Below the pieces are notes generated by a model. The model had not been told where the DNA came from. It did not search any database and saw only the letters and a list, made by a program, of their open reading frames with translations. Shown here in pieces: positions 39,201 to 51,200 of a stretch of DNA of 64,000 nt. The stretch comes from Perna viridis (lineage: Eukaryota). Position 1 is the first letter of the stretch; every line of letters starts with the position of its first letter. The position numbers and the translations under genes were made by a program. The stretch spans positions 8,990,001 through 9,054,000 of the forward strand of contig CM074515.1 in the NCBI GenBank assembly GCA_037379345.1. Reading direction: 5' to 3'.

Positions 39201-42200
39201 GTCTATCATGCTAGTATCTTATACAGAATATGTATCAGTTACTTCATAACATTATTTTCTTGGTAAAGTGATCTTACAGATCAAGTATATAATAGGTGGT
39301 CTGAGTGACCATATTTATGTGTTAACAATATAAATTGTACAATGGAATTTGAACATTCTTAAAATTAATTCTTCTTTTCAGTGACTAAAAGTACCATACA
39401 AAATTCAGACAGTCCCAATGGTAGAGGTGATTCATGCCTTTTTATCTACATACATCATATTTTCATGTAAGTTTCGTCCTCTCCATATACACATCTGTAC
39501 TTTGGAGAAAACCAAATATTCATCTCCAAATTAAACTAAATCAAGAACAATAACTAAACAAATCATGTATAATAATGTTGACCTCAACAACCAAATGAAA
39601 AGACTGGTTATGTGGTCAGTAAATATTTCTGAATAAGAAATAAAAGTGAATTTGGTGGGTTTTTGACTTGCATGAATCACTTCCTGTCTGATTTTTATAA
39701 AGACTGCTATCTCAGATTAAAGGTGACATAATACAACATCTATAATGTAACAGTAATGCTGTATAAATTGCACTTTAAGCTAACACATCGGAAGCACCAT
39801 TTTTTGTGACTACAATTTCACTCTGAAAACACATTGGGTATTTTACGGCACATTTGGCCTTCATATGCTATATTTTCTTACCCTAAATCTACCACAGGGT
39901 CACATACATGTAAATAGAATATTGGTTGTTAAATTGAGTCTATATTTTCCTGACCAACACTGGATATTCATTCAAAATATCTTGAAAACATTGTGTATTT
40001 ACTATAATCGTCTTGTGAACATCTATCATGCTGAGAATATTTGCCAACTAAACTGTTAATCATATAATGGCTAGTCCTTTATAATCAATAGTAGTACTTA
40101 TCCTAAAAAGTAAAGTTTGAATTACTCACAAAAAAGTTTTGTTTAATACTCTAATATAAAGTAGATTGTACATGTATTATACAAACCATATATTATGTTC
40201 CCTGGCCATCTGATCTTTGTTGATAGAATCTAGAACTTCCTGACAAGCCCAGTCACTCCACTCACAGAACACTTTCAGTTTCAGGTTTCTTTCATAATAT
40301 CTACGAGCTCTTCCTTCCATTATTGTTGTATGGTGTTTAAACTGTTTTATATTGAAAATTAAGAACAGATTTTTTTTAGACTAACTGTTCTAAGAAAGAA
40401 CTCATAACCAAATTTTTTTTTAAGACACATTTTCAAATTTTACTCTTGAAAATTACATGGAATCTATGCATTATAATAAATGTAAAGCCAGTTTTGTTTA
40501 ATGCTGGCGTTAATTTAATTACAGTACTGTCTATAGAAAAAGCTAGATTTAAAGCAGCTAACATAATATGACCATTGAGTGTGCTATATCTGAGTTCAAT
40601 ATAGAAAACAAATATGAACTAAAATGTTATATCAAGTACCAAAAATAGTAATTGTAAATTCAGAAATCAATGCAAGTTTGCCATTTTAGACGAAAATGCA
40701 TTAAATTATTTAGAGATATCCCCCCAAAAATTGCTGAATTCATGTTTAAAATTCCATAATGTGAGTTCTCTTTATTGAAAGAGCAATCAAGGGAACCAAG
40801 GTTATAGCGGTAATCAAAAGAATGTAATCCAGGGACAAAGACCAGACATGGAAAACAGACATACACAACAAAGATCATAAAGTAACTAAAATCATACATA
40901 CAAAGTAACAAAAGTCAAAAGTAAATGAGCAACTTGGACTCCACTAAAAACTGGGATCATGGACCAGGTGTACTGGTAGGGTAAGCATCCTAAAGACACA
41001 TTGAAAGAGGAAGTAGCAAATGTTGTTACACTACATATACAGAATTGATATTGGACAGAAATACTGACCATAACACCACACATCTAAGATGCAATCAATC
41101 TTTATAGTGGGAGCCAAGAGTTTTGCAATGAAAGATGATTATATTTACAACCTAGTCCAATTTTCACATAAACTTCTGAAAATATAAAATAAAATTCCAC
41201 ATTAAACTTACATTTCTCCAGTTTGCAAATGACCTTTTCACAATCAAATATTTGTACATATTGTCTGCAAGTTTCTCTTTCTGCGTTCTAACATACTGTA
41301 CATAATCAAACCAGGCCCTGAAGATGTGCCTATAAAGAATGGTTTATATATTCTATCAACATACTGTACGTAATCAAACCAGGCCCTGAAGATGTGCCTA
41401 TAAAAAATGGTTTATATATTCTATCAACATACTGTATGTAATCAAACCAGGACCTGAAGATGTGCCTATAAAGGGTGGTTTATATATTCTATCAACATAT
41501 TGTATGTAATCAAACCAGGCCCTGAAGATATGCCTATAAAAAATGGTTTATATATTCTATCAACATACTGTACGTAATCAAACCAGGCCCTGAAGATGTG
41601 CCTATAAAAAATGGTTTATATATTCTATCAACATACTGTATGTAATCAAACCAGGACCTGAAGATGTGCCTATAAAGGGTGGTTTATATATTCTATCAAC
41701 ATATTGTATGTAATCAAACCAGGCCCTGAAGATGTGCCTATAAAAAATGGTTTATATATTCTATCAACATACTGTACGTAATCAAACCAGGCCCTGAAGA
41801 TGTGCCTATAAAAAATGGTTTATATATTCTATCAACATACTGTACGTAATCAAACCAGGCCCTGAAGATGTGCCTATAAAAAATGGTTTATATATTCTAT
41901 CAACATACTGTATGTAATCAAACCAGGACCTGAAGATGTGCCTATAAAGGGTGGTTTATATATTATATCAACATATTGTATGTAATCAAACCAGGCCCTG
42001 AAGATGTGCCTATAAAAAATGGTTTATATATTCTATCAACATACTGTACGTAATCAAACCAGGCCCTGAAGATGTGCCTATAAAAAATGGTTTATATATT
42101 CTATCAACATATTGTATGTAATCAAACCAGGCCCTGAAGATGTGCCTATAAAAAATGGTTTATATATTCTGTCAACATACTGTACATAATCAAACCAGGC

Positions 42201-45200
42201 CCTGAAGATGTGCCTATAAAGGGTGGTTTATATATTCTATCAACATATTGTATGTAATCAAACCAGGCCCTGAAGATGTGCCTATAAAGAATAGTTTATA
42301 TATTATTTTATCAACATACTGTATGTAATCAAACCAGGTTCTGAAGATGTGCCTTAAAAGAATGTAATCAAACCAGGACCTGAAGATGTGCCTAAAAAGA
42401 ATGGTTTACATATTTTATCAACATACTGTATGTAATCAAACCAGGCCCTGAAGATGTGCCTATAAAGAATGGTTTATATATTATTCTATCAACATACTGT
42501 ATGTCATCAAACCAGGCCATTGAAGATGTGCCTATAAAGAATGGTTTACATATTCTATCAACATACTGTATGTAATCAAACCAGGACCTGAAGATGTGCC
42601 TATAAAGAATAGTTTATATAATCTATCAACATACTGTATGTAATCAAACCAGGCCCTGAAGATGTGCCTATAAAGAATGGTTTACATATTCTATCAACAT
42701 ACTGTATGTAATCAAACCAGGCCCTGAAGATGTGCCTTTAAAGAATGGTTTACATATTCTATCAACATACTGTATGTAATCAAACCAGGACCTGAAGATG
42801 TGCCTATAAAGAATAGTTTATATATTCAACATGCATTAACAGGTTAGTTTTATTTTGAACAACAAGTAATATGCCAGAAACTGCTTGAAAATTTAGTTGT
42901 ATTGAAGTGTAACATAAAAGTTTCCAATTCCTATGCTATTAAAACTTACATTAGTTTAAACTCATAATAACAACTAGAATCGCTGTAAGCAAGCTCACAT
43001 AGGAATACCCCTGCTTCAAGTAGACACATACACCATGTTTAAAAAAAGAAAGAGCACATGGTCAAATTTGTATATGATTTCATTCTCCATTTTGTTATTT
43101 TATGAGATCATTGGTAATTTTGTTTTCTTACCTTTTAATCAGAAATTTATGATGAGCTAAAGCCTTCAGTTCATTTTTCTTTGCCATGTCTGCTAGCCTT
43201 TTGAATGGTAACAATCCTCGGTATTTCATGATAGACCTCTGGTAGTGGGTATCTGCCTTTGAATTCAGCTGTTTCAATCTCTCTTCCCTTTGTTGTTTTT
43301 CTAACTCTTTCTGTCAAAAAATGTCAAATAGATTTAAATGAATATATACACATACTAAAAATATTTATCTCATTTAAGCAATTTGTTCTGATTACTACAC
43401 AGATAATCACAGATTAAGACAGACCTGGGTTTCATAAAATTCTAAAAATGAGAAAATCTTAAAATCTTTAATTAAAAGCCATCAAATTAGTCAAAATTTT
43501 AATTAAGGATAGACTGAAAAAATTCTCAGTTGGAGTAAGAATTCCCTGTTGCTAAAAATAAAGTGTAAATAAAGGTAATAAATCTTACTTGTTTTTCTAA
43601 TTTCTTCTTTTCTCTGTAAGCTTCAGCTTTTGCTCTTCTTTCTGCTTCTAATTCTTGTTTCCTCATTTCTTCCTCTTCTTCTAATTGTTTCTAAAATAAA
43701 CAATCACTTCAGTGAGAATGGTTGCAGATTATGTTTAGAAATTGGAAAAATAGAGATAATTTGCTTAGAAACAATAAATCACCGAGCTGTATATAAGGGT
43801 ATAACACACAACACCAAAACTTTGGGTTTCTGTAGTTACTTTTATTTACCAGTTTTTCTTCCTCAGCTTGTCTCCTTTTTTCCTCCCTTTCAGCTTTAAT
43901 TCTGGCTCTTTCTGCTGCTCTTTCATCCATATCTATTAATCAAAACAATACAATTCTCTACTGATCAGAGTATATCACTGTAATACTAACATCTACATTA
44001 TGTTCTAATGCAGAATTCCTGTTCTCATAGAAATTTTCCAACATATAACAACCTATTTTCAAAAGTTTTTCAGTTACTTCAGTATCTTCAAAAGCATTTT
44101 TTATCATTAAATCTGCAGTCTGGCTAAGCTAAGCATGACAGTTCCAAAAGCAAATACAAATCTTTAACAAAATAAAAAAAAATATAGAAATTTTAATTAT
44201 GATTATTGGTCTATGATAGTCCAAAGACAAGCACTTTCCTGGTGTCCACACAATCATTTAAATATAAGTGCACTGGTCCAGTGAAATGTCTATTTACTGC
44301 CTTTTGGTTTTTAATATTCAGAATATTAATGCTTTACCCAAAGTTCCCACCACGAAATATAATAGTGCTTACTGGCAAAACAAAGTGTAGGGTTTTAACC
44401 AAAAATAGAAGACAGTTTTCTCCAAGCCAACAAAATAAAAACAGCTCCAGATTTCTACCTATATATGTGTTCATTATTTACTCCTTAAATTATTGAAAGC
44501 TGACCCAAAATGACTTACCAATCATTAAAAAATGTGACAACTAAATACATCATTATTATATGTTAACCATAAATTGTAAGCACTTGTCTGACCATATCTA
44601 ACATAATTTATAGAAATATTTTCACCTGATCTTTAAGGATTCAAACTATCATCAATGTCGTTTTTTGGATTAAATAATTTGTGCTAAAGTTTAGATCAGA
44701 TTTCATGAACTGATTGTAATTTAATGTACTTTTAAGTTAATCCTAGGTAGCATATGTATAAACAATATACATATCAACAATGCGGACATCTTATTGTTTT
44801 GTTTGATTTAACTTTTTAAATACGCCAAAACTAGTCATAGGTTGTTCACAGGCAAGGAAGGAAGTTAATGCTAACCTAACTATACTATGTTCTTAATGTA
44901 AAATAAACACCTTACATGGAGTTGGTAGAATATGATGCAACACAACATTTTTCATCAAAATAATGCCATAGGAACTAAAGGTACATGTAGTTACAGATCT
45001 AGCAGTAATTGAATTGAAAAGTACAGCATTAAACATTATAAAAGAACAGCGTTCCAATGTTCCCCACGAAAAAAAAGTGAGGAAAAAAGTCCAAAGGCCA
45101 TAAATTCCATAAAAATCAATCAACCCTAATCAAAAAGGAAATTAATCTGTAACATCTCATAGTAAGACTACATACAAAATATAAAATCAACTGGTGAAAG

Positions 45201-48200
45201 CATTACAAAAAAAGTGTGGAAAACTCTTAATTCACGGAAATTTTCTAAGTTAAAAATCATTCAACCGTAACCAAAGTCAAACTTAATCTGTAACTCTTCA
45301 TAATAAGGCCACATACCAAAAACAAACTTATTTGGTTGAAGCATAACCAAAAAAAAAGTGCGGACGAACGGACAGCTGGCATTTCCATGTTGCCTCACAA
45401 CGCGTCAAGGGGGACAAAAATGGCACTGTAAGATACTGATAAATTGTGCAAGCACCAGAAAATCATTTCTCTTGTACAGGTAATACATACAATGATAAAA
45501 GAGGTAAAGTAAATAGTCCACATTAAATAGCCTACACTCACTATAGTTTAAATCTTACTTTTAAGCATTTGTACATATCTAGTATTAGATTTGGTACTGC
45601 TCTCTGACCTTTCAGTCACTGAACTACTTGTTGTCCTAGCCGTGTCTGGAATAACAGTGTTTACAGTTTTATTCTTCACAGTATTATTCTTTTTGTTCTG
45701 ACTCGTGTGTTGACCTGCAGAAGCTGGTCTTGATACTTTAGATGACTTTGAGCTTACTGATACGGCTGACTGATCATCAGTATCATGCCTAGGAACAGAT
45801 GGTGACTTAGAACTTCTAGACATAGTTGATTGCTCATCAGGTCCTTCATCCACAGTTCCTGGAGTAATATTTCTAGCTAAATGTTCAAGAATTGCTTGTT
45901 GCTTTTCCAATTGTTCTTGTAGTTTAGTTTGATTCTGAGCATACTTCAGTTCCTCAATAATTCTCTGTTGTTCCTTTAACTGTTTCTGTTGTTCTTTGAG
46001 AATTTTCTGCTGAGCATTATGACGGTTTTCAAAGTTATTTGTAATGTATTTAGTATTCATCCATGGTTGAGTCCCAAATCTTTTTCGGACTTTAAGGTCA
46101 GTCTGTTCTAAATGGTCCTCTGAATCTCCCATATTAGCTATCTCCTCGCTAGTCAGATAAACATGTTTCTTGGTAACCTGCCATGGTTGTGTAGGAACTC
46201 TGTTATTTTTTGCCGGACTGGTTGGTTCTGGCTTGCCTAAAGATGAATCACTTTTTGATGAATTGGGTCGTCTTGCAGGTTGATCAAAGAATGAGTCCTT
46301 TCAAATAGGGAAAAAAAACTTTACGAAAAATGTAAAATTTAACAAAACATAGCATAAAATAAGTTTTAAGTTACTAAGAATCAAATTTGTTTACAAAACA
46401 ATGAAGTATTCAGAAATTTGATTCAATTGAATAAATCAAGCTCAAATGTTTGACCATAAATAATCATACTAAAAACCAACTTATTTTCAAAAGTAATTCA
46501 TTTTTGCTAATTTTCTACAAAGATAAAAATAAGATTTAGAATGAACTTATGTATGGTCTTAAAATATGATACAAAGTATAACAAGAGTATGTTGGTTTAC
46601 AGCAATAAGAAAAATGACCTTAGCTAAAATATTTAGCAAGAAAGGTTTTCTGATCAAATCCAAAGCTTTAAATAAAAAATATGGTTGTAGAAAAACTCTA
46701 CAAAATTTTAATGAAACATGACATCTAATCTTAGCATAGTGACAACAACAAAGCAGTTGTGACAGATAAGTGTAAATCATTACTAAGTTCCTCAGTTACA
46801 ATACAATTTTAAGTTAGAGAGTTAACAAGTTTGTGAAATTATTAAGTTAGAGAGTTAACAAGTTAGTGAAATGATTAAGTCAGAGCGTTAACAAGTTTGT
46901 GAAATGATTAAGTCAGAGACTTCACAAGTTCATGAAATGATTAAGTTAGAGATTTAACAAGTTTGTGAAATGATTAAGTAAGAGAGTTTGTGAAATGAAC
47001 ATATGTTTGTGTTCAATTATTTCTTACTATATCAGATTTGGATGGTGTAACTGGTGACCTGCCAGATCTAGCTGATTTGGTTCTACTACTCCTAGCATTA
47101 GTGGTATCAGTCCTGTCAGTCTCATTCCCTGTCCACAACTTTCCTGCAGCTGCTGCCTCTAACAGTGCAGCCATTTTACTTTTAGTGTTGGTTTGGGCAT
47201 GCGAGAGTTCCTTTCTGTCCATTTCCTGTTTTACCCACAACTGCCAAGCATCAAAGTACTTTCTAAGGAGTGTCTGTTTGCAGTGACTCTCAGCAAGCTG
47301 TTTTTTTCTATTTCATAAGAAAATGAAATTTAAAATCAAAATAAAAAAAACAATGTTAGTATGTTTCCCAAACTGAATAAGACAACTGAGGTACACAGAT
47401 ATTTTAATATTTTTGCTAAATGAATCATTTTCTTAGTAACCGCTATTAAAACTCCAATATATTGAGGATATTGAGAACATTTTCATTAGAATGTATATAT
47501 TGTGCTTTTTGACAGATACATCTACCCATGAATTGCTCATTTTCAATGTATTTCTTTGAAAATGTGGACAAGGAAAATCTGTTCTCCATTTCTTCATTCT
47601 GATTAACACAAATAATAATAGGATAATTAATTAGGATGAGTGAATAACCAAAATATAATCATGAGTGCTGAAGAACGCCTAGAATTAATGGGTGTGCAGA
47701 ACCTGAACCGCACAGGCGTTGAATCTTAATGCATTCTCCGCACGAATGATTACATTTCGGTTATTCACAATAACCGGTTAATTATCCTATCTATTATATA
47801 GATTATCTCCCTTATATGTTGCTATTTTTAATATGAAATTCAAATTTTGTCAACAGTGGATTGATATACATGTTGTGATGTTTTGTGATGTTTTGGCGGG
47901 AGAAAGTCTGAGAGTGAAATTACTGAATTTATTTCACAGTGTGAATTATCAAAAAAAAATTTTACACAGGGAAAATTTGGTAACTCACTGCTATCTATAA
48001 AATAATGAAATTATACTTGCCACATGGTGTGACCTACATCATTGTGTTTAAAGCCAGATTTAGAAAGAAACTAGCATTGAAATAAGAAATATAAAATATA
48101 AAGTATCTATTAATTAAAGGATGAACATGTGTATTAAATTAACTAGAAATACTGTGAGCAAGCTCACAAAGAGATTCCCTGCTTCAAATGCTATTGAATG

Positions 48201-51200
48201 TATAACCAGTAAGTTAAACATTCTCCCTTTGCAGTCCCCAGACAGTATCTATATTCCACCAACCATTTCGTTTCAAGTGCCTGTACCGAGTCAGGACCAT
48301 TGCAATACCAGCTGCTCTGGTGGTGTATTATCTATTTTGCTAGATTTATTTTGGAGTTAGACTTGATTATGAAATGGATTAGTGTTCGGTAATTATTTTG
48401 TTACTCGTATTTCCTTGATGCACAAATACATATGATGCCAAACATTCCTATAATGTTTCATCAAAATCCCTTGAGGAGTTTAGGAGGTGTTGCACAGTGA
48501 GGTTTTAACATGTAAAACCCTTAAGTTGGATTATCACCCTTTGGAGCCCCCAAACAGTAACTATATTCCTTTGTGAACATTTATATATGCTGCAAAAACT
48601 TTCTATCATATTTCATCAAAATCCCTTAACTCGTAAAGGAGGAGTTGTGGTTACAAAGTTTTATCATGTTAAACCCTCAATCTAGATTATCTCCATTTGG
48701 AGTCCCCTAACAGTGATTACATTCATTTATGCACATTTACATATGATGCCCATAATTCCTATAAAGTTTCATTAAAACTACTTGAATGGTTAGAAGGAGT
48801 TGCACTTACTTGGTTTTGTCATGTAAAATCATTTAGTTGGATTATTGCCCTTTGGAGTCCCTTGACAGTAACTATATTCATTCATGCACACCTACATAAA
48901 TCATTCTATTCTACATTCATCTGCTATAAATTTAGTTTTTATGATAAACCTTTGCATCTGTATAACATCAACTTTATGCTGCTTAGTTTCAAAATCAATC
49001 CTCTTTGTCCTGATGAATGATTTCCAAGCATTCCAGGCTCTGAATAACAGTTTCCAATCAGCCATTGCTCTGGCCTTTCCCATCAATAACCTTTTCTCTA
49101 GAACTAAGTTATACCAGGCTGAGAAATGGCGCTGAAGACTCTAGGAGATAGAAGATAAAGATACTCATTATGATCATAAAAAACATTTCAAAATATATTG
49201 ATATGTGTTCTAAAACATTTTAATGTCAAAATATTGACCACTTGAAGATTAGAGTATCAAAAATTAAATATAAAAGACAAAAAGTCATAAAGTCCTATAT
49301 AACAAAATAAAAGGTAAACTATTGACCACCAAAATATATGTTTTATGAAGTCTAACAATGTATCAAAGTAAAAAAACATTCAATGAAGCCCAATAAAGTT
49401 ATAACTGATTACATTTTGTACTCTGGTTTCATTTTTATTTGTGGGTTTACAATTTTAGTGGTTATGGTGGGTGATGTTGAACCAAGAAATCAAGAATGTA
49501 ATGAACAATGATCTCTGGAAATGAATGTTAACTATGATTGTTAAATCTTGGTATAATTCAGTGACATATAGGTAAAACCATAGCGGTCATCATCCTGTAA
49601 CTCTTTTCATTGTTTATTTCATCAGCGAATTAATTGTTTATTAGCCCTGATTAGCCTTTGGGCTACTAAAGTTATGAAATTTCACCAGAGTAACTTACGG
49701 TATTATTGTTATTTGTCTTTCAACTGATAAAAGTAGTGTTTGATAAACTCAAGGTTTTACCACTTTCCTCTTCAATAAAAGTAGCAATGGTTTCTGAATA
49801 TTTTATTCATAATTATTTTGATTTACTGCAACTTGTACTCAAAATTAAAAATGTAAAAACAGGAGTCTAATTTTGCTTTCTTAATTTCGACTATCTCCAT
49901 TTGTAGCCAATATTACTTATGTATCAAGGACCTCCTGAGAAATGTGTTGTGAAACAGGTATCTACAGAAAAAAAACTTAACACTCACAAAATTTTCATTT
50001 TAAATCTTGAGCAAAAAATAGCTTTGCTTTGGTGATTTTTTTACTAAAATGCAGAAAAATGCTCAATTTTTTTTTATTTTGTTGTTTATTGAGCCAGGAT
50101 TTTAAGTATCTGTATCCATCAAAATGTCATTCTCAACAAAACCACGAAAACGGATACTCATGAAAATAAATGAAACCACAGTATATATAAATATACCCTT
50201 AACAATAATGCTACAACCAAGTAACTTACTCTAAGATCAGCAGCTTCTTGTCTTTTCTTTAACTCATTCAACCTTTCTAGGAGCACCCTTTGTTTTTCCT
50301 CTGCTCGTTTTTCCTGTTCAAACTGTTTCCTTCTTCTGTCTTCTTCTTCCTCATCAACTATCTGTACAGCCAGGTATTGCATTTCTTCTTGTTTCTGTTC
50401 TTCCCTGCATAATATAATACAATTTTTTATCCAGGGGGAGGGGGAGGGCTTTTGTATGGGGCTTTTGTCCTGATCCCCTCTGAATGAAATTAGTTTGTGA
50501 TTACCATATCATCATATTACAAGAATTTAAAACACTTTACCAAAATCTGAGAAACTGCTGGCATATGATAAGCCCATCTCACATTTTCTATGTTAAAAGG
50601 CCTATAACTCAAAAATGAAAAACAGGAAATGAAAGGAAAAAGTTTCTAAATGGAGAACATTTTATACATAAAAAAAATCAAAATTCAGTCAAAGCATATT
50701 TGAGCTACTGTATAATGTGTAGGTAGAATGACAGAGGAATACTACAATAACTGTAAAGAGATGGGTATAAAATACTCACACACAGATTTTTTACCAAGTT
50801 ATAAAAAAAAACAAAAACAAAAACATCAACTGACCAACATCATGTAAAATTTAATACAATTTTTTAAAGATAGAGTCAATATGAAATTACATACACTGAT
50901 GTGATGCAGAATCTTCTATACAACATATAGCCATTATAGTAATCAATGAAAGTCTGTGCAAGACTCATAATAGAAGTTAAGGACTTGAAAAAAAAAATCA
51001 CCAACAAAAAAACATCATCATAATATGAGAAAAATATCTTCAACATATACATGTAGGTTGAACCTAAAACCCTGAAATCTATAAAATAACCATTTTTTTT
51101 CAGCCAACTAACCTACCTTCTCTTTAAGTCCTCCATATTTATCCTTTCTTCCTGCATTTGTTTCCTAATTTTGGCCATTTCTTTTTTGATTAACATTTCT

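Noticed and set aside
41291-42832. CRISPR-like array
   Set aside because: There are no unique spacers, the units are head-to-tail copies, and the context is a eukaryotic intron with no cas genes.
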